A DNA stretch of 64,000 nt from Epithemia pelagica (taxonomy: Eukaryota > Protista > Bacillariophyta). The stretch is from the NCBI GenBank assembly GCA_946965045.2, contig OX337240.1, positions 2,914,001 to 2,978,000 on the forward strand, read 5' to 3'. This document shows positions 1 to 9,696 of this stretch, piece by piece. Every line of letters starts with the position of its first letter. The stretch's first letter is position 1. Below the pieces are notes generated by a model. It saw only the letters and a list, made by a program, of their open reading frames with translations. It ran no database searches and was not told where the DNA came from. The translations under genes and the position numbers were made by a program.

Positions 1-125
1 GAGGCGTAGGAGAGCAACGGCAAGGACACACGGCAATCAACTGGAGGATTTCGAAGCAACCAAAAAGCTATTTATCCGAAAGTCCTTCTATATGTTCCTC
101 TAAAAGTCCCTCATTTCCCTATTCC
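1..125. mobile_element. End of a non-autonomous Mutator-like element (MULE), truncated by the window start
   Basis: 1-125 is the near-identical reverse complement of 24955-25083 (one 3-bp indel) and ends in the TIR AAAAGTCCCTCATTTCCCTATTCC. Confidence 0.75.
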
Positions 126-210
126 CTGAGATCATTCACCATCGACCACAACCAAAAAGAGCAAACAGCGTCAGCTACAACCCTTGGATACAACAAAGCC
201 GTATCGCGTC

Positions 211-2232
211 ATGAGCAATAAGAACAAGAATGGCCGCTTACCAGCAGACAGGAATACGACAACGACGAACAAGAGATGTGTCGTCCACAACAACAGCAGT
301 GGTGGTTTCACTGCAATTCGTCTGACTTGGAAACGGATCTTTTGGCATTTCGCGCTAGCAACGGTCGTGCCATTCGCCCTTGCGATTGTGTTGCGCCGAG
401 AAACAAGTCTTTTTGCTTCTCCGAATGACAATACTGCTACCCACCCAAGCTTTGTTGGACGGGCGAAACAAGAAAAGGTTTGTCGACGACAGGTGGGAAG
501 GAACAGTCTCGATAATACACGGCAAAGGAAAAACAAGACGCAGTCTTCTTCTTCCTTGGAAGTCTATCACGAAACACTGGTTCATCCGGCCTTGCTGTCG
601 CACAAGTTTCCTCAGCAGGTGGCCCTGGTGGTTGCCAGTCGGATCAGCAGTGACATGTCGGTGGTCCATCATGTCTTGAAACACACGACCGTCCAACACT
701 GTCATGTGCTGCACTTGGTTCACCATGAGGAGAATGAGAAGGACGCTTCGTCCTTGACGTGGAAGGACGATCCACGAGTGCATTGGACGACGGTAACGAA
801 TCTAGAGGCCGCTCGGACATGGTTCCTCGATCGCTGGGGTGCACCGAATGACGATGCAGAAGAAGAAGAAGAGGAAACAATAAAGAAAAAACTGGATGTC
901 ATTCTTTTGGATACCCTACTGTAAGTACATGAGCAGGACTGAGAGAATGTTTTGCAGCAGTGCCATGCATTCTGCTGGTTCTTTCACAAGAACTGCTCAC
1001 GAAAGCATTTCTCTGCCGCACCTTTTTCTTGCAGAGACATGGATACACCATATAACTTGTTCTCTCATCCCATGTTACGTGACCAATCCTTTCTGGATGC
1101 TATGGCTTTGGCACTCTCTCCGACGGGCGTGTTGGTAGCCCATGTTGGAGCAGTTACAGCCGCGACACCACCATCAATAATAACAACAGGCGGTGTGGAT
1201 TCTTATCCCCTCGAACGCTTTACGAGTATCTGGACCGATTCCGAGGCTACAAGAATGGTAGCCTATTCCGAATCGATTATCCTTGGTGGTCACCGCTCGG
1301 ATCACCAAGTCCACGAATTTCGTATCGTCTTTATGGATAATGATGCCATGCTGGCCAAATGGTATGCCGAGGCCTCCTCCATTCAGGTCGAACTGACCAA
1401 GAGGATTTCAAGTTCTGGTGGTGGACCACCAGCTGCACAACCACTGCGGTTTCTAGACGGAGCCACTCAACAAATCTATCATTTCCCCAGCCGCATGCAA
1501 GAAAACCATTATTGTCAAACGACGACACAAAAATCACCGCATTGTACCGTCGTTCGAGGGTTTGACCCCGATGTGCCCAATTTACCCGTTTCAGCTCTGG
1601 AATTTGGTACCAGTCGCGTGGCCAATGCCGGAAGGGGCGTCTTTTTCAAACAAGCCTTTGCCAAGGGAACCTACTTTACCATCGAAGAGGCAGTCCATAC
1701 TATGTTTGTCAAGCCCATGACGACTAAAATTATTCAAGATTTATGGAAATTGATACCAGCCAAGTGGAAAGCCTTGGGCAATTACTTGGATGGCTACGGA
1801 TTCATGGACGATTTTTGGGGTCTGGAAGCATATATGGTCGATCCAGGCATTACCACCTTTGCCAATCATGGATGCAATGGGACCAACAATATTGGATTAG
1901 CTACAAACTTTACCGAACTTACGGCCACTGTAGAGGAAATTACCACCTTGCTTCTGCCGTTCCAGTACCTCTTTGATCCTGCCGGGGATCGGTCCCACTT
2001 GCACCAATCCACCGCATCGGATGTTTTGTCACAATCCGTCCAGGCCGGAGACGAAGTCTTGGACAATTACATATTCTTTTCGTCTGAGAAGTATTGGGAA
2101 GAGGATTTACAAGAATTAAAGTTGATTTGTCTCGGACAACTGACAGGTATGGTGGTGGCTGTCGAGGGAAAAACGGTCGAACCGGCGGCTACCAGTCCCT
2201 ACAGGGGAACTATGTCCGTAGTCAAAGACTAG
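211..2232 (+). CDS. Membrane-anchored degenerate aminopropyltransferase-SET methyltransferase fusion (LCPA-synthase family), copy A; exons 211-920 and 1035-2232
   Basis: ATG at 211, then an N-terminal hydrophobic helix and the spermidine-synthase-like motifs YHETLVHPALL and LDVILLDTL; the GGG[D/E]G motif is absent. Phase-2 intron 921-1034 (GTAAGT..TTGCAG) restores the frame. SET motifs AGRGVFF, FANHGCNG and GDEVLDNY are present. Confidence 0.85.
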
Positions 2233-3498
2233 ACTTGAGATAACCAAATGAAATGAAAGGTGTGCTTCAATTAAGTCTTCTCATGTCAGTATCTTTCAAA
2301 ACTGCTGCGGGTAGTGTTGGTTTGGGTTACTAGAAGAGGATGGGCAAAGAGACTGCCTAGCCGGATTCATTGCTGTTGTTCACATAAGATTGCCATTGGG
2401 GTTTCCACACCTGCTTTTGTTGGACATGCCTCCTCCAGTTCCAACTCTCCACTGTCGAACGCAGAGGTTCCGTCAGATTTGCATGGTGAAGGAGAGAAAG
2501 AGGATGCGTCTGCTGCAGGAGGGGCCGCACGAGGTCAAGGGATGGGACGCTATGAACACTCCACGAACGAGCAGTCATAGTAGTCAACGAGTGGAGTGTT
2601 GCGTCGTTTCTCATTTTCCATGAATCATTGTTGGTGGAGCACTGACGAACAGTCAGTTCTCGCTGCCATCAATGGTGTCGAATACAAGCCTCGCAAGAAA
2701 CGAGAGTTACCCTGCCGATCGTAGTAATGTGACGACCATTATTTTAGACAAGATCGCCCGGTGCGAAGGTGCGATGGGCTTATGTATTGTCGGAATGTCT
2801 TTTCGGCCATGCGCCATTCAATACATATGCCCTACCCATCACTGCGGCGAAAGGATGGCCAGACCGTATCGGTAATCTACGATAGGAATAAGATGTGAGA
2901 CGAGCTAACCTACATAGTCTGATGTGCTTGGAACAAATCCCCGACTTGTCAGTCCCTAGAACAGTCAAAGGGTACTTCTACTAACAAAATCCACAATGCA
3001 TTGAGCAAGAAAGAAATAGACTTTCCAAAGAGCACTGGCTGCTGCAGCAGAAGCCCCTGTAGTGCATTGCACCGTAGTTTTGTTAAATTGACTACAGCAG
3101 CACTCCATAGAAACCTTGGTAGATATTTCGAAAAGGACGAACAAAGACAGCGGATTGCGTAGTACGGTGGCAATTCGCTTCCGCACAAGGATCATTGTCG
3201 TCATGATTTGGGTGCCAGGAAAGGATTCTCGTCTTCCGGTACCTCTCAATCCACGCCATCTAGAGATAATACCTAGTTGCACATTCCGGTCATTCCTCGC
3301 GGGGTGCTAATGCAAGTACAGAAGCCTTTTCGTAGTGGTGGCGGTGGTGGTGGTGGACCGTTCGTTTCGACGACGACGAGGGGATCCATGGACCATGCAA
3401 AACCTTGCCGCGATGCGCAGGCTCGTGAATAAGAGGAATCCACCGAGCAGAGGGGGCGTGCCCTTCCATAGAGATATATTCTGCGATTGGTCCTGATG

Positions 3499-4761
3499 CT
3501 AATGCAAATAAAATCCTCCTCCTCCTCCTCCTCCTCCTCCTCCTCCTCCTCCTTCGAGACGACAACACAAGGCATACAAGGCCAGCCCAGTGGTTACGAC
3601 ATCGTAGCACAAAATCACGACAGTATCTTCCGTCACGCCAAACACGTGTTCAAACAAGACTTCATTCCAGGCCTTGAGCGGGCCTTCCAATAGTGCATAA
3701 CCCAACAAGAACAGGACCAGTTCTACCTGTGGAAGACGTCGATGCAAGAGGTACAAGAGAGAGCAGTGGGACCATGGTTGTGGTTGTTCGAGTTGTTGTT
3801 GTTGTTGATTGTGGAGATGGAATTTGACACAATCGTAGACACGGGGTGAGGAAAACCAAAACAGACTGGTGGTCATGCCCCGCAACAACAGTGCTCCTGC
3901 TATCACAAACGCGACTTGTTGGAAGCCACTAAATCCCCGAACCAGCACATCGTCATCGTCGGCCGCCATGCAGGCGGTGGTCCATGATGATGACTGTTCT
4001 TGGGAGGCCGTTGTTGTTGTGGTTGTTGTTGTGGTTAATAAGAGACGATCCAGCAAGGACTGGAGTGCGTTGGTAACGATAAAATACCCCACGAGTGACA
4101 CAAGGCCAATGCCATGAGTCGTCCATTCCATCCGACACCACTTGTTCCACGGATTCGGAACAGTTGTAGGATTCTGGATCGCATCGTCCACTTCTTGCTG
4201 TTCTTGTGGAGCATCCCAAAACACTTCGTCTTCTTTTTCTTCTCGATGTTGGATTATATGGTGCGAGGGAGAGGATGGCATGTGGCTGGGTGGTTTTGAG
4301 CTGTAATGAATCGTCGTCTTTTTCTTTTTCTTCTTTTGTGGTTGTTGTTTTGGAATGATCAGGGCCCCTCCTTGTTGTTGTTGTTGTTGCTGCTGGTGCC
4401 TGTCATGACCACGACGACGGACGGCCAATTCTCCCTGCCACAAATGGTGTCGAATACACGCCTCGAGAAACGACGACGAGTTGTTACGAGTGGTGCTGGT
4501 GATGCGATGAAAGACCTTGGTTCGGTAGGCAAAGGAAAACTCTTCTTGTTGTGGTTGTGGTTGTTGTGGTTGTGTTTGCAGAGTCGATCCGCCATCGACA
4601 AACGTCTTGCGGTTGTTCTGGAAAAGGGAGGACGACGACGACCGATTGCCAGAGGAACCACAAACGCTTTTCTTGTCTTGGGCAGTATTGTTCTGGTCCA
4701 ACAGTGTCGTCTCAGGAACGGAACCAGAAGGGCCATTCGACGACCACAACAGCAACACCAT
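3499..4761 (-). CDS. Hypothetical low-complexity multi-pass membrane protein (possibly degenerate)
   Basis: 420-aa ORF with ATG, poly-Q/T/K tracts and about four hydrophobic segments in the C-terminal half. A homologous but disrupted copy lies at 20707-21640. The 3' end is uncertain. Confidence 0.4.
   Translation of the reverse strand: MVLLLWSSNGPSGSVPETTLLDQNNTAQDKKSVCGSSGNRSSSSSLFQNNRKTFVDGGSTLQTQPQQPQPQQEEFSFAYRTKVFHRITSTTRNNSSSFLEACIRHHLWQGELAVRRRGHDRHQQQQQQQQGGALIIPKQQPQKKKKKKTTIHYSSKPPSHMPSSPSHHIIQHREEKEDEVFWDAPQEQQEVDDAIQNPTTVPNPWNKWCRMEWTTHGIGLVSLVGYFIVTNALQSLLDRLLLTTTTTTTTTASQEQSSSWTTACMAADDDDVLVRGFSGFQQVAFVIAGALLLRGMTTSLFWFSSPRVYDCVKFHLHNQQQQQLEQPQPWSHCSLLYLLHRRLPQVELVLFLLGYALLEGPLKAWNEVLFEHVFGVTEDTVVILCYDVVTTGLALYALCCRLEGGGGGGGGGGGGGFYLH
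3514..3552. repeat. (TCC)13 microsatellite
   Basis: Read directly; the paralogous position near 21441 has only about three units. Confidence 0.9.
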
Positions 4762-5569
4762 GACTGGAACAAAATACTATAGTTAGAGGGCAGAAAGAGG
4801 GGAGAGGGGAAAAGAATGATTGGATTCAGGCCGTGATGGATAGCGAACACAGCGTTCGGATCCAACAGTCTACCATAATATTCTTCTCTCTAGAGTAGAG
4901 ACAACAGACAACTGGATCTGGGCTGGACAAAACGAACACCACGACGGTAGCTTGTCAATGATGGTTTCGACGTTCGACACCTCTTTTTGTGTTCTTTGTT
5001 GCTAGAAAATGTGCTCTCTTTATTCTTCTCTAACATTTTTCGGTACCGACTCACACGTGTTGTTTGGTGAAACTCATAGAGTCATAGCACGTGCGTTGGA
5101 TGCTCGCTCGGGTGTTCGAAATTTTGGGTTGGTAGTACTCCAAAAAATGGTTCGGGGAGAACCCCCCTCCGGGCGCGCTCTATGCGCCATCCATCCAAAT
5201 CCAACAGATAGGCCTACTACTACTCCTATTTCCTTTTGCATCTACGAGTACTACGATGTACTATCCGTATGTGTAACACGAGACCTCGTGGAGACGATGA
5301 GGAGTCTTAATCTTAGTTATCGTTGCTGGTTGCTGGACACTTGCGACAGCGAGAATTCAGGTCATGCCCGCGTGTCCGCACATGTCATGATAGACATGAC
5401 CACGTGCTTATAAGCGTGCCGTATCATGCAAACTCTTAACTGCGTCCTCACAGACACACACCTCCGTTGCGAACCTTATTTTTTGCATCCAACAACGACA
5501 ACGGCGTGTCTGTTGAATGAAGCCCATTGCGTTGTCGAACAACAGTGTTAAACCATAACGACGACGATT

Positions 5570-8550
5570 ATGAGAAGCAATACCGTTTCCTCCTCTTCCT
5601 CGTCACCGACAATGACTCCAACAACAACCGGAAAGCCCTCCTCCTCCTCCTTTCGGGTACGATTGTCCCTTCCCTTCTTGGTGGTTTCCTTGGTGACGGC
5701 CATTGTGCTTCCCTATTATCAAGCTCGACAGCAACTGTATTGGCGCCCTTCTTTTCTGAACACGGCTAAATACTCCAACAACAACAACAACAGCAATAAC
5801 AACAGCAAGTCCAAAAGCCAACAGTCCGATACGACCACCACAACCAGCACCAGCACCTCTCCTTCTCCTCCTTCGTCCAAGGAACCTCTGGACGTTCTGT
5901 ACGTGAATGCTCCTGGAGCAGCCGAGGTACAACGCCAGTTTCCAGCTCCTCGCTTGCATCCCGGCAAGGTTCCTCCCTTGGCACGCTACACGGGTCAATG
6001 CTTTGACAATCCCCTCGATCCCGAAACCACTGCGACCACCACCACCACCACGTGGAGTCAACATCGTGTCAATGTGCATCTCGACCTGGAGGACTCCTCG
6101 AGCCACAACGTCACCACTACTCCAGAAGAAGAAGAAGAACATGAGTACGATCACAAGGGTGGTCCGTATGAACCTGCCGGCCAGCACTTGTTGATTGACA
6201 TTCAACACGTTTCACCACGATTCTTGTTGGATACCCAAGAGCTCGTTCAAGCCATGTTGCAAATTGTCACACAATCCAAATTAACCCTCTTGTCCTATCA
6301 TTGCCATGATTTGCAGGCACCCATGGGAGTTTCCTGTGTCGGTGTCTTGCTCGAATCGCACGTCTCGTTGCATACCTGGCCCAGCGCCGGTGTCATTGCC
6401 TTGGGTACGTATATTATATTTTATAGAGTGAGTCTTATCTGTGTTTTGGAAGGACCATGGTTCTGACAATCTTGTTTCTATTTCATGTGGTTGGTGGTTG
6501 CTGTTGGTTCGTTAGATTTGTTTACCTGTGGATCGCAAAGTTTAATGCCCCTCTTGCCTCTTTTGAAGGAACTCTTTGCCATTCGCAATGACAGTGTTCC
6601 AAACGCACCTGAACCAGTCCTGACATGGTCTCACAAGAAACGTGGCTATCGCGATTATTTTGGAGCCGACGGTCAACTCCGCAACAGTACCAACCACGAG
6701 GATGATGACGACGACGACGACGAGCATTCGGGTCCAACGACCGAATTGGAACTCGAACGATACTTGTTGGGTTCGACCGGAGTAGACAGCCAAGCCAAGA
6801 CACCGCAATTGGAAACCTCAACAAAGTTTCAACAAGTAGAAATATATGGTACGGCTTCTTCCAACAAACGCCTCTTTTTGGATGGCGTTGTTCAATCCAC
6901 CTTGAATGGATTGGAAGCCTACCATGAAGCCTTGGTCCATCCAGCCTTGACCATGGTCGAAGGAGCCGCTTCCGACTCGTCCTCCTTGCGCGTGGCCATT
7001 ATTGGTGGGGGAGAGGGAACCACCCTCCGTGAAGTACTCAAACACCAATCGGTCGAATCTTGTACCATGATTGATATTGATGCCGAATTCATGGACTTGG
7101 CTCGAGTCCACCTACCCGAATGGAATGACTGCCGTGATTTGGTCGATGCGGCGCCCGTCAACAACAACAACACGACGGATGGATACAGCTCATGCTTTGA
7201 CCATCCACGCGCTCGGGTGTTTCCTGAAGATGCCATTTCGTGGTTCATCGACCGCTATCACAACGAAGAGGATATTGACGAATCGGAAAAGTTTGATGTG
7301 ATCATTATGGATGCTCTGTAAGTTTTCCCGTTGGATGCTTTTCTTCGCAATTGCAATCATGGTTTCTCTGTTCTTATTATCAAACCATGACTCTCAACTG
7401 GACTCTTTCCTATTACTTTTCCAGGGATCCTTCTTCGGCAGTGGAGTTTTCTGATATCTTGTACAAGGACGAGACGTTCGTATCCTCTTTGGTTCATGCC
7501 TTGACGGATCTTGGTGTCATGGTTGTTCAAGTGGGCTGTGCTCCCTACATGAGTGATGATGACTCGAACTTGATTCATGTCGCTAAGGCTCCCACACTGG
7601 CCCAATTTGAGCACATTTTAGAATCGCACGGAATGGTTTCCATGAAGTCCTATCAAGAGACACATGGGCAATTTCTGGGCCCCTGGGAATTCCGAATCGT
7701 TCACAAAAGCTATGATACGCTCAAAAATTACTTTTACGAGCCGGCCATGGTGAATTTACAACAGGCCAAGAGCGCCATGGCAACTCGGTCCAAGGACTTT
7801 CCCTTTTCGTACTTTGATGGTGCGACATGGGCATCGGCGCAGTATCCGTCGCGCATTGATTCTAGATTTTACTGTTTTACACATCCCCGTGCATCGAAAT
7901 TGTGCCAAGAGCTACAGGGGTACGATCCGAACCTTCCGAATGTTCCGGGATCTGCTCTGGAAGTCAAGCCAAGTCTCATTCCCAACGGAGGTCGAGGCTT
8001 GTTTTTCACACAAGATTTTGAGGAAGGATCATACTTGGCAATTGACCAAAGTGTATGGCATATGGACGCATTGCCCGATACCGTTGAGCTTCTCCTGGAC
8101 GACATGATTCAGAGTCCTGCACGGCGCAATTTTGAGTTGTGGTCGGCCTACTTGTTTGGGTATGGGTTTTCGAGTGACTACTATGGATGGCCCTCGTCTC
8201 ATGTAGATGCCGGTGTGGCAACCTTTTTAAATCATGGATGCAATGGAACCTATGTGGTGGGCAGACGCACCAATGTGACTGAGCTCACCGCGGATCCGTT
8301 GGAGATACCACCGGAACTCATGGAAATTGAAGAGGAATTGGCATTTTTCAATCCCATCGTAGATCGTAATCACTTTGTTTTCCAAGGCAAGGAAGTATTG
8401 TTGGAGAACGTACATGCGGGCCAAGAAGTGTTGGGGAATTATCTTGAATACTATCACGAAGAAAACTATCAAGCCGCCATTGCCGATATCAAGGCACAAT
8501 GCTTACAACAAGGAACTGGGACCATTCATAAATATGAGAGTCACCACTAA
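5570..8550 (+). CDS. AdoMetDC-aminopropyltransferase-SET triple fusion (putative LCPA synthase/N-methyltransferase); exons 5570-6404, 6516-7317, 7425-8550
   Basis: N-terminal TM. Prokaryotic-type S-adenosylmethionine decarboxylase motifs GQHLLID, LLESHVSLHTWP (pyruvoyl-forming ES site) and spliced ALDLFTCG. Aminopropyltransferase motifs FLDGVVQST, YHEALVHPAL, IIGGGEG and FDVIIMDALDP. SET motifs GGRGLFF, FLNHGCNG and GQEVLGNY. Both GT-AG introns restore frame and motifs. Confidence 0.92.
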
Positions 8551-8747
8551 TAGGCAGAACGTTAACAATTCCATGACATTGTGTTGACATCTAATTCGTT
8601 CCCATGCAAGTCTTTATGGAATCATGCGTATACAGTGGTCCTATCTTGGGGCCTTAGGTTTTCTCTCTAGCTATCTACATGGGGAAAGGGACTTGGAATC
8701 CGGCGTGACACATAGCGGATCGGACAAGAAATGCGAACGAACGCCTG

Positions 8748-9136
8748 CACTTCGCCTTGCTCGCGCGCCATGATGTCACCTGCTTTCGGGTCCATGGACA
8801 GACGACATACACTTAGGCCGTTCCTTACGGCAAACCAAACCAAACCAAACCAAACCAAACCTGAATCCTCAAATTTCACCGTCTGGGCGTCGTATATTCG
8901 GGTTTTGGGCTTTTCAGGTTTGGTTACCAAACCTGAAACACACTAGGGATAAAGTTTTCGTTCTGCTACTGTACGCATTTCTTACAGTTTCGAATTCGAC
9001 TTGGCATGCGTGCGTTCAACTCCAACGGTCACTCGTCCCACTTCGCCTTGCTCGCGCGCCATGATGTCACCTGCTTTCGGGTCCATGGACAGACGACATA
9101 CACTTAGGCCGTTCCTTACGGCAAACCAAACCAAAC
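8748..9136. repeat. 291-bp tandem duplication: unit 1 is 8748-9038; unit 2 starts at 9039 and is split by the copia element
   Basis: CACTTCGCCTTGCTCGCGCG starts at both 8748 and 9039. Unit 2 resumes at 15433-15619. Each unit contains an (AAACC)n tract. Confidence 0.9.
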
Positions 9137-9258
9137 CAAAATATGGCTAGCCTATTGAGCGAAATTAGCGATAGTAAGGCTAGTAAGGCCTCTAAGCTTG
9201 AGGCATGAGATAGTCACAATTTTATATGTTTTCGAGTCACACCCCTACGCGTATTTTG
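9137..9258 (+). repeat. 5' LTR of copia-1
   Basis: CAAAATATGG...GCGTATTTTG, identical to 15311-15432, with a 7-bp terminal inverted repeat. Confidence 0.9.
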
Positions 9259-9272
9259 GTTTATCAGACCCA
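9258..9272 (+). promoter_or_regulatory. Putative primer-binding site, complementary to a tRNA-Ile(GAU)-like anticodon arm
   Basis: GGTTTATCAGACCCA abuts the LTR end. Its reverse complement UGGGU-CUGAUAA-ACC has anticodon stem-loop architecture. Confidence 0.55.
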
Positions 9273-9696
9273 AGAAACTCTGCGATTATGGTAAAAGCTA
9301 TGGCACAATGGCCTGGGAAGGTCGAGAAATATCTGGATCGATGATATAGATCCGCCCAAAGGTCGACTAATGAAGTCGTACAGCTAGTCTCGTAGAATAT
9401 CCGGCCTGCAACGGGGTTTGGACCGGACTAGCTAACAGATGTGGTCTGCGAGTGCGCACATCTGGGGCAATGGCGGACGCGCCGGTCTTGGCCGTTGACA
9501 AGACAAAGCCTGCTATGCGGTCATGATTATTTCATAAATGAAACATGTGCCGACGATGCAGCTGTGCACGCTTTCTACCTTTTGAATCGCCCGAGATGAG
9601 TGAAGAACCGGACCGTGTGACTGAAAGAGAATGCTCACTTCCGAGTACAAGAAAGTCCCAATTGATCCGTCTACTCGTAGATAAAAGAAGTAAACC

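Larger units (their letters stand above)
153..5097. repeat. Copy A of a ~4.9-kb inverted segmental duplication (copy B: ~20412-24807 plus 47932-47983)
   Basis: Reverse-complement matches run throughout: the APT-SET gene, the 2.3-3.3 kb spacer, the membrane-protein ORF and its upstream region (GCACGTGCGTT at 5087-5097 vs AACGCACGTGC at 20412). Confidence 0.9.

Noticed and set aside
184-210. TTG start given by the ORF track for the first gene (also GTG starts at 16630 and 32033)
   Set aside because: This is a eukaryotic locus. The paralog starts at the ATG equivalent to 211, and the others are better explained by a nearby ATG or by splicing.
952-1034. N-terminal extensions of ORFs 952-2232, 6485-7321, 7351-8550, 17466-18392, 18416-19369, 60576-61943 and 61968-62903 as separate genes
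   Set aside because: They are exons whose apparent N-termini are intron sequence; GT-AG splicing restores the conserved motifs.
355-4865. Numerous antisense and alternative-frame ORFs over the fusion genes and the membrane ORF
   Set aside because: These are shadow ORFs of real coding or low-complexity sequence with no motifs of their own.
9258-9272. Standard Met-tRNA PBS (TGGTATCAGAGC)
   Set aside because: Only a partial resemblance with several mismatches; the anticodon-arm reading fits better. No tRNA gene is present in the window.
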